26,820 nt of DNA from Coleofasciculus chthonoplastes F2-STO-03 (lineage in GTDB: Bacteria; Cyanobacteriota; Cyanobacteriia; Cyanobacteriales; Coleofasciculaceae), in assembly GCA_040222015.1 (NCBI GenBank), contig JAVJWO010000044.1, positions 1 through 26,820 of the forward strand. Reading direction: 5' to 3'. Below the pieces are notes generated by a model, which saw nothing but the letters and a program-made list of their open reading frames with translations, was not told the DNA's origin and did not search any database. Positions 18,107 to 26,561 of the stretch are shown here, one piece after another; within the stretch, counting starts at the first letter, position 1; each line of letters starts with the position of its first letter. The position numbers and the translations under genes are program-made.

Positions 18107-19093
18107 ATGAGTAATATGACAATGAATCGACTGCAAAAAGCTATTACAGTTTTCGGCATAACTGCCACAGTGAATGTTTTAGGTATCCTTGCTTCTATTG
18201 ACCCAAACGGGACATTATTTAGTATAGCGACTGCTCAGGCGGGACAAACTGGGGAAGAGGAGGTGCTGGTTAGGTCTACAGCTAGGAATGTTCACGTTCC
18301 ACTCTCAGAATCACCCCATCAACTTACCCAGTCCGACGCTGCGCCGGAAATGAGCCGTCCTGTGATGGATGACCTTGATGTTAGTCTTTTAGCTAAAACC
18401 GTTGCGAAGTTTATTCAAGCTGAACGCTATCAAACGGAATCTGAAATGCAATTCAGCTTTGAGGCACAGGGTTTTACAGGTCAATTTTCGGTGTTGGTTA
18501 AAACAATTGCCCAATCTCCCCAGCAGTTTCGCACCGAAATTTCTACACCTGAGTCGGGGGAATTTGCCCAACCGAGTTATATTGTGGTTTCTGACGGGAG
18601 TCAGGTATGGATATATAACCCAGAATTAAAGCAATACGCCGTGAGCGATTATGCACAATTTAATCAGTCGAATGATAGCTTTTTAATTGGCTTTTCTTCG
18701 ATGTTATTCCTGGAAATGTCTGCCCCATTCCGGCAAGCTTTTGCTGACGGAGAAGTTTCGTCAGAGGGGATCATTGAACAGCTTGAATCAGTTTTTCAGG
18801 CGGAAGGTGATCTGCCATTGCAGGGTAATCGCCTAAATCAAGAGGGGCAAGATTATTATACTTATAGTTATCAGGATCGCGAAGCTGGATTTACGTTTAC
18901 ATTTTTGGTGGAACCGAATACAGCAGAAGTGACTCAGCTACAAATGAGTGGAAAAGCAGATGGAATGGATATCAAGGTGACTGAACAAATTCTTGACCGT
19001 GTACCCTCTCCTAGGGTGGCGGCTGATATCTTTACCTTTGTGCCACCAGCCGGGGTCATGCAAGTGGAATCTATGGCAATTGACATTTTTTAG
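18107..19093 (+). CDS. LolA-like / DUF2092-type exported protein
   Basis: Signal-like N-terminus, P.QFRTEI...IVVSDG.QVW.YNP.LKQY and C-terminal F.F.PP.G, typical of the LolA fold. Start placed at ATG 18107 (uncertain). Confidence 0.75.
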   Translation: MSNMTMNRLQKAITVFGITATVNVLGILASIDPNGTLFSIATAQAGQTGEEEVLVRSTARNVHVPLSESPHQLTQSDAAPEMSRPVMDDLDVSLLAKTVAKFIQAERYQTESEMQFSFEAQGFTGQFSVLVKTIAQSPQQFRTEISTPESGEFAQPSYIVVSDGSQVWIYNPELKQYAVSDYAQFNQSNDSFLIGFSSMLFLEMSAPFRQAFADGEVSSEGIIEQLESVFQAEGDLPLQGNRLNQEGQDYYTYSYQDREAGFTFTFLVEPNTAEVTQLQMSGKADGMDIKVTEQILDRVPSPRVAADIFTFVPPAGVMQVESMAIDIF

Positions 19094-19140
19094 ATAATGT
19101 CTGAGGATTAGTAAGAGTTGGCATTTGACTTTTTTTGTAC

Positions 19141-19229
19141 AGGACTTACGCAGCCACACCAAATATATTGGTTAAGGTGCGTTACGCTTTGCTAACACAC
19201 CCTACATATAGACTTTTTGCGTAAGTCCT
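19141..19229. repeat. Miniature inverted-repeat element with perfect 12-bp ends and a nested GTAG REP
   Basis: AGGACTTACGCA / TGCGTAAGTCCT, with inner GGTGCGTTA...TAACACACCCTAC. Confidence 0.85.
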
Positions 19230-19267
19230 ATTGATTCATCTTGAAGTAGATTACAACTTAATTAGCT

Positions 19268-19870
19268 ATGACCTTGATTAATAGACCCCTGAGAATTATC
19301 GCGATCGCGTTGTTTTCCAGCCTACTACTGTTTGTGTATGGCTGTCAGCAAGCGAACAATGTGACTGAGGAACCTGTAACTGAACCTCAAGAAGAAGTGA
19401 CGGAACAACAAGCTAGCACCGCTACAGCCGTAATCAACAGTACAACCGATCCCTCAGCAGTCTTGGGAGAGGCTGAGTTTACCACAACGACGGACGCTAT
19501 GTTAATTGAAGTGACGATGACAAATGCGCCAGCAGGAGAACACGCTTTCCACATCCATGAATCGGGGAGTTGTGCGGATCAAGGGAATGCGGCTGGCGGT
19601 CATTTTAATCCCGATGAGGTGAAACATGGATTAATTACCGAAGATGGCTTTGAAAATGCTCATGCGGGAGATTTAGGCAATATTACGATTGCTGAAGATG
19701 GTACGGGGACAAAAAGTCTAACGGTTGAGAAACTCATGTTTACTGAAGGGAATTATGCGATTGGGAATCTGTCGGTGATTCTTCATGACAAACCTGATGA
19801 TTTTGGTCAGCCGACAGGTAATGCTGGCGGACGAGTTGGTTGTGGAATTATTGAGGTAACTGACTCGTAG
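19268..19870 (+). CDS. sodC: Cu/Zn superoxide dismutase, lipoprotein
   Basis: Lipobox-like VYGC; HAFHIHE, GGHFNP, H...HAGDLGN, LHDKPDD, GNAGGRVGCG. The metal ligands, Arg and disulfide Cys are present. Confidence 0.95.
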   Translation: MTLINRPLRIIAIALFSSLLLFVYGCQQANNVTEEPVTEPQEEVTEQQASTATAVINSTTDPSAVLGEAEFTTTTDAMLIEVTMTNAPAGEHAFHIHESGSCADQGNAAGGHFNPDEVKHGLITEDGFENAHAGDLGNITIAEDGTGTKSLTVEKLMFTEGNYAIGNLSVILHDKPDDFGQPTGNAGGRVGCGIIEVTDS

Positions 19871-19975
19871 GAGTTGGATAAAATCCAATCGGGTTAGGGA
19901 TTTGTTTGCTTACCTTGAAATCCAATGGCTTGTCATCGAAGCCTTGCTCTAGCTGTTTACAATGATTCATGAAGG

Positions 19976-20010
19976 TAAATCCCCAATTTCTTTAAGAAGT
20001 CGGGGATTTA
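19976..20010. repeat. Palindromic repeat or hairpin (possible terminator)
   Basis: TAAATCCCCAATTTCTT-T-AAGAAGTCGGGGATTTA, an imperfect 17-bp stem. Confidence 0.65.
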
Positions 20011-20082
20011 AATCTCAAATGACGCGATCGCAGATTGCAGCTATAATATTATCAGTGTTGTTCCCTGTGGCTGGATCGGATT

Positions 20083-20283
20083 ATGCTCCACTTTAAAAAA
20101 CTACTTGATACAATTACTTTAGCCCTTGCGGACTGGGAAACGTTCCTGGTCAAACGAAACTGTTCACCCAATCTTAAGATAGGTTTAACCCTGACGCCTG
20201 CATCCAAAGGGAGTGGTCGGACAGATATATCTATAAACCATGATAAACTCTTAGTCGTTCAATCATCAGAGAAGAAACCTTGA
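20083..20283 (+). CDS. Putative antitoxin (VapB-like), possibly a 5'-truncated remnant
   Basis: The C-terminal GSGRTDIS.NHD..L motif is typical of VapB tails, and the stop overlaps the PIN toxin start. Confidence 0.55.
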   Translation: MLHFKKLLDTITLALADWETFLVKRNCSPNLKIGLTLTPASKGSGRTDISINHDKLLVVQSSEKKP

Positions 20284-20678
20284 GAGCAATTATTGCTGAT
20301 ACTGGACCTCTATACGCTGTAGTAGATCCAGATGATCAATACCATCAACGCTCCCAAAGTGAGTTAGCAAAAGTCAATCGGGAAAAGCTAGCAATTATTG
20401 TCCCTTATCCAGTTTATATAGAAACTCACAAGCTAATTTTGCAATGGCTGGGATTTTCGCAAGCTATATCTTTCGCCGATAATATACGCCAGACAGCCAA
20501 CTTAATTAATCCAATAGATACCGATTATGAAGCTGCCGTCAAGTTAGTGGCTAAGTATCCTGATCAAAACATTACATTATGTGATGCTGTAACGGCTATT
20601 TTAGCCAATCAACTCAAAGTCCCAGTGTGGACGTATGACTATCATTTTGATGTTATGCAGACACAAGTATGGCGTTAG
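20280..20678 (+). CDS. vapC: PIN-domain (VapC-family) toxin
   Basis: IIADTG, D.DDQYH, YIET, TLCDA, WTYD.HF; all four acidic catalytic residues are present. TTG start. Confidence 0.88.
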   Translation: MRAIIADTGPLYAVVDPDDQYHQRSQSELAKVNREKLAIIVPYPVYIETHKLILQWLGFSQAISFADNIRQTANLINPIDTDYEAAVKLVAKYPDQNITLCDAVTAILANQLKVPVWTYDYHFDVMQTQVWR

Positions 20679-20718
20679 GTATTACTGTGACCCATGTCAG
20701 TAGTTCTTGTTATCAGAG

Positions 20719-20884
20719 CATACGAGGACTACGTTACCCGGTTGAATTCATCTTGGAATTGCTCAGTGCTGGTATGAGTATCGATGAGATTTTAGCCGAC
20801 TACGATGATTTGGAACAGGATGATATTCTAGCCGCTTTGCAATTTGCCACGCGATTGACTCAGGTGAAAAGCATTTACCACTAA
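20719..20884 (+). pseudogene. DUF433 antitoxin fragment lacking its N-terminus
   Basis: IRGLRYPVEFILELLSAGMS.DEILADY.DLE..DI.AAL.FA is present; the usual RI...P....GKP N-terminal segment is not. Confidence 0.78.
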
Positions 20885-20960
20885 TCCCAGCTATAGCACA
20901 AAACAGTTATTCTAGCGCTCATTATCAGAAGTATTCAACGAATATGATATATTCAGGGAA

Positions 20961-21722
20961 TTAATAATAATAAGGATTATCGGGTTCAGGTACTGTTTCA
21001 ATCTCACTCGCGTCAATCACCAATTGCCGTTTATCTTGTAATGTTTCTGTCATCATTTCTCCTTTAACTTGTATCCAGGTATCCGGTTTATAAGCGTTAC
21101 GACTTTCCGGAAGTTTCACGGGTAAACTGACTGGATAAGCATCCGCTGCACAGCAAGTAATCACAAAGCGAGTCACTAATAAATAGTTCGAGGATAGGTT
21201 TTGGGGATAAACCACAAACCCTTTAACGTTAACCGCTTGACCCGCATATTCATCAGGTTCCGGATAAACACTCAGGGTGCGAATCCATTCAATCAGCGAT
21301 CGCGCTTCGGGTTTGCTGGCGCTGCGAAAGGATTGAGGCTGGGTGCGGGTGGTGGTTAAAGATTCCATGACACCGCGTTGAATGGCTGTCTGGCTGGTGA
21401 AGACTTTGGGTTCGACTAATAACCCTAGAATCGCTGTGGCTAGCAGTAATCCTGTACTCCAACCCGGTGGAAACCAGCTAATATGTTGCATCATCGGCAT
21501 GGTTTTGGGATTTCGGGGTGGTAGTTGACCGATGACTTGAATGGCTTTTAACACCGCCAGCACTAGCAAAAGTATCCCGGTTCCTAGAACTAAGGCAAAG
21601 TAATTCGGGTGAATGAGTAACTGTAATTCGCCAGTGATCCAGTATTGAATCAACAAAATACCCCATATTCCTAGGGTGATAATATCAAGGATGGGGAGTA
21701 AAAGACGTTGTTTTTTAATCAT
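20961..21722 (-). CDS. TIGR03943 / DUF1980 (YcgQ-like) putative permease subunit
   Basis: G.L.LLIHPNY TM region, PEPD.Y.G..V.V.GFV, RFVITCCAADA.P, W..V.G, P.NPY. Confidence 0.9.
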   Translation of the reverse strand: MIKKQRLLLPILDIITLGIWGILLIQYWITGELQLLIHPNYFALVLGTGILLLVLAVLKAIQVIGQLPPRNPKTMPMMQHISWFPPGWSTGLLLATAILGLLVEPKVFTSQTAIQRGVMESLTTTRTQPQSFRSASKPEARSLIEWIRTLSVYPEPDEYAGQAVNVKGFVVYPQNLSSNYLLVTRFVITCCAADAYPVSLPVKLPESRNAYKPDTWIQVKGEMMTETLQDKRQLVIDASEIETVPEPDNPYYY

Positions 21723-21812
21723 TGGTCATTGGTCATTGGTCATTGGTCATTGGTCATTGGTCATTGGTCATTGGTCATTGGTCATTGGTCATTTGTCATT
21801 TGTCATTTGTCA
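21719..21812. repeat. Compound heptamer repeat (TCATTGG)x10 + (TCATTTG)x3
   Basis: Counted directly. The first unit contains the ATG of the TIGR03943 gene on the minus strand. Confidence 0.96.
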
Positions 21813-21836
21813 AATCATTCTCTCGTTCAATATTGA

Positions 21837-21900
21837 GTAGGGGCGGGTTTAGTCACATTTGGGTTCGGTTAGAAACGATAGTAGTGAAACCCGCCCCTAC
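21837..21900. repeat. GTAG REP-like palindromic element with perfect 14-bp arms
   Basis: GTAGGGGCGGGTTT / AAACCCGCCCCTAC; shares internal GATAGTAGT with the 1574-1636 copy. Confidence 0.88.
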
Positions 21901-21912
21901 AAACCTTTCTAA

Positions 21913-22941
21913 CTAACTCAGATGTAAGTTAACCATTAAGGTGAGTACAAAGGTTAATTGGGCGGCGAGGGCAAATAAGTAAAAAATTGTCCTAGCTTTA
22001 AAGACGGAGAACATTAAACCAATTGCCTTGATGTCTATCATCGGACCGAAGACTAAAAAAGCTAATAATGAACCACTGGTAAAGGTTGACGCAAAGGCGA
22101 GGGCGAAGAAGGAGTCAACTGTTGAACATATAGAAACGACGGCGGCTAATAGCATCATCGCCAGAATTGAGGTGACAGGACCCGAACCCAAACTGAGGAT
22201 GATTTCACGGGGAACAGCGACTTGAATCGTCGCCGCGATCGCACTCCCAATAATTAACACTGCGCCTAACTCGCGTAACTCTTGCACCGTATTGTCAAGG
22301 AACAAACGCCAGCGATCGGACCAAGGCTTTCGGGCGGGGGTAGCGGCGAGTGAAGCTTGTAACACTGTTGCATCCATGGGGAGGGGAGTTCCCGGTTGAC
22401 CCAGTAAAAATGTACCGGATTGCAGGAGGGCGGGTTTCGGTTCCTGTTGCGGTGACGGTTTGATTATTTGTTCTCTGGGAAGCACCATGGAACGGGTAAC
22501 AGCCTGTTGCAACAAAGGGTGCATATTTTTCTGGATACTGAAGACGCAACCGATAACAATCGCAATACCCAGGGAAAACAAGACCCGTAGGACAACAATT
22601 TCCGGCTGATCGCGAAAAGCTACCCAGGTTGACCAAATCACAATGGGGTTAATTGTCGGGGCGGCTAGCAAAAAGCCGATGGACACCGATACGGGTGCCC
22701 CTTGTAGCAGTAACCGCCGGGACACGGGTACATTCCCGCATTCACACACCGGGAAGAAAAATCCCGCACAACTCCCCACAACCGCACCGAGGAAGGGGTT
22801 CTTCGGTAAAGCAGCAATCAACCGTCCCTCATCGACGAATAAAAGCAGCAAGCCGGAAAATAAGACGCCAATGAGTAAAAATGGGATTGCCTCGACCAGC
22901 AAACTCAAGAAAAGGGTAAAGGCGTTGTTTAGCTGACTCAT
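21913..22941 (-). CDS. DUF318 (YcgR/ArsP-like) permease
   Basis: EAIPFLL.G, FPVCECG.VP..RRL, FLLAAP.INP, S.CST.D.F.A, FLVFGPMIDIK. Confidence 0.92.
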   Translation of the reverse strand: MSQLNNAFTLFLSLLVEAIPFLLIGVLFSGLLLLFVDEGRLIAALPKNPFLGAVVGSCAGFFFPVCECGNVPVSRRLLLQGAPVSVSIGFLLAAPTINPIVIWSTWVAFRDQPEIVVLRVLFSLGIAIVIGCVFSIQKNMHPLLQQAVTRSMVLPREQIIKPSPQQEPKPALLQSGTFLLGQPGTPLPMDATVLQASLAATPARKPWSDRWRLFLDNTVQELRELGAVLIIGSAIAATIQVAVPREIILSLGSGPVTSILAMMLLAAVVSICSTVDSFFALAFASTFTSGSLLAFLVFGPMIDIKAIGLMFSVFKARTIFYLFALAAQLTFVLTLMVNLHLS

Positions 22942-23115
22942 GCGTTTCGCGATCGAGGGTGTTTTTACACATAAGCGCTATTGTATCAGATAGTTTACAG
23001 CCAGTGAGGGCAACGGGGATCAAGGGATAATCAATACCATTCGCGGTGCAATAAATCCAATCAGGATTTACACAAATTTACGGTTTAACCACCATCTGTA
23101 GGCTCAATTCATCAA

Positions 23116-23293
23116 TCATTGGTGTCAACTTAAGCTCAAACATTTCCCATACCTTGAGACGGAACCCTCCCCAAATCAACCTCACCCTAACCCTCCCCTT
23201 ATCAAGGTGAGGGAATCGGGAGGAAGGAGGGAACCGGGAAGGAATCAGGAACTCGAATGGCTTTGGTTAGGGGGGTTAACATTAAGCCAATGA
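23116..23293. repeat. Degenerate miniature inverted-repeat element with a C-rich/G-rich palindromic core
   Basis: TCATTGG-N7-TTAA / TTAA-N7-CCAATGA ends, with inner CCTCACC...GGTGAGG and CCCTAACC...GGTTAGGG. Confidence 0.45.
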
Positions 23294-23315
23294 TATCCAT
23301 GAGGGCATTTCCGGA

Positions 23316-24455
23316 ATGACAACCAACCCCTTAAAATCAGAAAAAGCTCGTCTAATTGCGTTTTATCTGCCGCAATTTCATCCGATTCCTGAAAATAATC
23401 AAGCCTGGGGAAAAGGGTTTACAGAATGGACAAATGTTGCCAAAGCTAAGCCGTTATTCCCCGGACACGACCAACCTAAAATTCCGGCTGATTTAGGATT
23501 TTATGACTTGCGTTTACCCGAAGCCCGACAAGCGCAAGCGGATCTGGCAAGGGCGTATGGAATTGAAGGGTTTTGTTATTGGCATTACTGGTTTGCGGGT
23601 AAGCGGGTTTTAGAACGACCGTTTAATCAGGTCTTAAAATCAGGTGAGCCAAATTTCCCGTTTTGTTTAGCTTGGGCAAATCAAACCTGGACGGGAATTT
23701 GGCACGGTTGTCCGGATCGGGTTTTAATTGAGCAAACCTATCCTGGTTTGGCAGATTATACGACTCATTTTTATACCCTCTTGGAGGCGTTTACTGACCC
23801 TCGTTATATCACAGTTGAGGGTAAACCTATATTTTTGGTTTATAGTCCGGAGGAGTTGCCAGATTCAAAACAATTTACGGACTGTTGGAGAGACTTAGCG
23901 ATTAAATCGGGGTTAAAGGGACTCTATTTAATCGGAGTTGCCCGACATGAATACTGGTTTCCTAAACCTAATGGGTTTGATGCGTCTATTATTATCAATC
24001 CGGATTATGTTTTTACGCAGGCTTCAGCCCGAATTTTTCCAGAGAAGCGGAGTTTAACTAAAGTTAAGCAAAGGTTTAGCGCATTCTCATCCCGGAGGTT
24101 CTACCAAAAATATAAACGGTTTTCGGATTATCCGCTACTTTACTCTTATGAAAAATCGATCAAATGTGCTTTTAAGGGCAGTCACCCGTATTTTGTCACT
24201 TATCCCTGTATCTTTCCGAATTGGGATAACACCCCGAGAACAGGTATCTATGGATTAGTGTTTCTCAAATCAACGCCGGATTTATTTAGAGTTCATCTGC
24301 AAGAGGCGATTGAAACGGTATCGGAAAGGGAATCTGAAAAGCGGCTAATTTTTATCCGTTCGTGGAATGAATGGGCGGAAGGGAATTATTTGGAACCTGA
24401 TCTGAAATTTGGCAAGGCATTTTTAGAGGTTATTCGCGATGAAATTTATAGTTGA
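23316..24455 (+). CDS. WbsX-family (GH99-like) glycosyltransferase / polysaccharide biosynthesis protein
   Basis: AFYLPQFHPIPEN..WGKGFTEWTNV, LGFYDLR, GFCYWHYWF, WAN.TW, WDNTPR, WNEWAEGNYLEPD. Confidence 0.93.
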   Translation: MTTNPLKSEKARLIAFYLPQFHPIPENNQAWGKGFTEWTNVAKAKPLFPGHDQPKIPADLGFYDLRLPEARQAQADLARAYGIEGFCYWHYWFAGKRVLERPFNQVLKSGEPNFPFCLAWANQTWTGIWHGCPDRVLIEQTYPGLADYTTHFYTLLEAFTDPRYITVEGKPIFLVYSPEELPDSKQFTDCWRDLAIKSGLKGLYLIGVARHEYWFPKPNGFDASIIINPDYVFTQASARIFPEKRSLTKVKQRFSAFSSRRFYQKYKRFSDYPLLYSYEKSIKCAFKGSHPYFVTYPCIFPNWDNTPRTGIYGLVFLKSTPDLFRVHLQEAIETVSERESEKRLIFIRSWNEWAEGNYLEPDLKFGKAFLEVIRDEIYS

Positions 24456-24487
24456 AACTCAAATCAGAATCGGCGACTGAAGTCACA

Positions 24488-24518
24488 GCTACACAAACAA
24501 AGTCCGCCTGCGCGGACT
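24488..24518. repeat. Dispersed REP-like repeat, copy 1
   Basis: GCTACACAAACAAAGTCCGCCTGCGCGGACT, 30/31 identical to 26338-26368, with hairpin AGTCCGC/GCGGACT. Confidence 0.88.
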
Positions 24519-24636
24519 GGATAATAAAGAGGTTTGTAAACCGGGATTTGGTATGATTGTTGTGTTCCCTATTCAGCAATCCAATGGAAAATTGTAGAGC
24601 GTTAGCGAGTTGGGTGCATGTCAATGCAAGTAGCAA

Positions 24637-24665
24637 GTAGGTTGGGTTGAGGAACGAAACCCAAC
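24637..24665. repeat. GTAG REP hairpin
   Basis: GTAG-GTTGGGTT...AACCCAAC. Confidence 0.7.
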
Positions 24666-24837
24666 TAGAGCATGTGAGCTTGAGTATCTTGTGCAAACCT
24701 GACATGCTCCCATGCCATTTGCCAAAGTCGTTGTAGTAAGTTATATTACATAAAGAATAAGACACAATAACTGCTGATATAAAATCACGCAGCATTCAAG
24801 TAGTGAGTGATAAATTGGCGAGATTAGATAACCTAAA

Positions 24838-25635
24838 ATGACATCAGATTCTTCTGCTACTACAGGTCTTATACAGGATTTAGAGAAACTAAGTCAAGAC
24901 TCACGTCTTGCCAGAGTTTTCAGAGATTCCGGGGCTTGTTCTCTACATTTGTGGCTACTGGAGTTAACGCAAGATGCCAAGACAGAATATCGTCTTTTAT
25001 TCGGATGGGTTATCCCGGCAACTTACAAAAATTCTGCTCAATGGTCTATTTCAGACGGTGGGAAAAAGCAAAACTGGGGAACCGAAAACAATCATTACAA
25101 ATTTCGTATAGCTAAACTAACTTTGTATCACGATAGCCATGCTATTTTTAACCTTATCAAAGAACTTGTACAAGGATTTTCATTAGAAAATTAGTGTAAG
25201 AAAGCTGGTCTAGTTCCTCCAGCCCATAAAAAAATCCCTATGGTCAACTGTGTCTGGCAAAATCCCCAAGACAATTAGCCCAATCTTTCGCGGTTCGTCC
25301 AGTAGTATTCCTTGAGACGGGACAGACAAATAGAAGAAATATCAAAAGTCCGATTGATGATGTGCCGGCTTTCGCTGGCTTTCTCTGGCAACTCGATAAA
25401 CTGAGTCTTTTTTACCAAGATGAAAAAGATGTGCTACCACAAGCTGACGACTTGACAAGGGAATGTCTCTACTATCTTACAAAGGAAACCGGACTCAACT
25501 TTTGCGGCGCAGACAGTGAACGGTTGGGTAATATCGAATGGTTATCTTTTCCAGCAGCAGATGAGTATGATAACTCTCAAGTAAAGATTGATACTGCTTC
25601 ATCTTTTAAGGATGTAACACTCCATAAAGACAACC
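24838..25635 (+). pseudogene. Fragmented gene resembling the N-terminus of VPA1262-family proteins
   Basis: DSRLARVF......LHLWLL......RLLFGWV and F...DSERLGNIE...FP motifs (family recalled from memory). It has an in-frame TAG at 25192-25194, a frameshift near the A7 run 25228-25234, and is cut off at the next gene. Confidence 0.55.
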
Positions 25636-26265
25636 ATGTTATACAGTAATTTTACCCTTGAATACCTAGAGAAAAACTTTAATCTGATTATTCAAGAACG
25701 AGTTGAACTCTTTGACTCAGTACAACCTGTCCCGCCTAGCCCACTATTGAGTGAAACATTAGAGGAAAATATCCCTCTGGCATTAGAGATTAATACGGAA
25801 AAAGCACGTTCTGAGATGATTATTACTCCCATCCTCATCGAAGTTCGCCGAAAATACAACCGCCAGATCAGCCTATTTTCGGGAACTGACTTTAATATTG
25901 ATAAAGACAGAGGACTGAATGGTAGATGTGATTTTATTCTCAGTCATTCGCCCAAACAGTTAGAAGTGACAGCACCAGTCGTCACACTGGTGGAAGCTAA
26001 GAACGATAATATTAAATCAGAAATTCCCCAATGTATTGCCGAGATGCTCGCGGCTCAGATTTTTAACGAACACAAAAACAATGAAATTGGTTGTATTTAT
26101 GGAGTTATTACAACCGGAAGTATTTGGAAATTTATCAAATTAGTCAAAACGACAGTTTCTATTGAGCGCGGAGAACATTATCTGAATAACTTGGACGCGA
26201 TTTTGGGGATTTTCTCACAGATTATTCAGACAACTCGTCCTCTATCTCTACCCTTAGAACTCTGA
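25636..26265 (+). CDS. Cyanobacterial PD-(D/E)xK restriction-endonuclease-fold hypothetical protein (HsdR N-terminal-like)
   Basis: EKARSE.II.P.L, G.CDF, VEAK, QCIAEM.AAQ.FN, YG.ITTG..W.F. Confidence 0.75.
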   Translation: MLYSNFTLEYLEKNFNLIIQERVELFDSVQPVPPSPLLSETLEENIPLALEINTEKARSEMIITPILIEVRRKYNRQISLFSGTDFNIDKDRGLNGRCDFILSHSPKQLEVTAPVVTLVEAKNDNIKSEIPQCIAEMLAAQIFNEHKNNEIGCIYGVITTGSIWKFIKLVKTTVSIERGEHYLNNLDAILGIFSQIIQTTRPLSLPLEL

Positions 26266-26289
26266 GGGTTGCGATAACGTTTGACCTTT

Positions 26290-26406
26290 TAAGACCAAAT
26301 CCGCCTTGATCACCCCATGCAAGCGATTGAAATCGCTGCTACACAAACGAAGTCCGCCTGCGCGGACTAGGTTATAACGGGGGTAGCTAACCCAGATTTG
26401 GTATAA
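26290..26406. repeat. Miniature inverted-repeat shell enclosing REP-like repeat copy 2 (26338-26368)
   Basis: TAAGACCAAATCCG...ACCCC / GGGGT...CAGATTTGGTATAA (18/27 complementary), followed by another REP hairpin at 26406-26430. Confidence 0.7.
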
Positions 26407-26561
26407 GACGTTTCGCCGGAACATCTCTACTCTGGATCTCTGGCAGCAGATAATGGTACAATTCATCCCGATAAACCTAACCTTTTCTGTGTCTACCACC
26501 GTTATCGATTCAGTGCAAATTGAACGGGCTGATGTGTTGACCCGCTATTACGCTTGGCAAG

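Noticed and set aside
21722..21916. 64-aa [18 protein letters not shown]...
   Set aside because: It is a translation of the heptamer array plus a REP, antisense to the permease operon.
24430..24795. 121-aa minus-strand ORF, and the 81-aa ORF at 26254-26499
   Set aside because: Both run through REP-like repeats and have no protein-family motifs.
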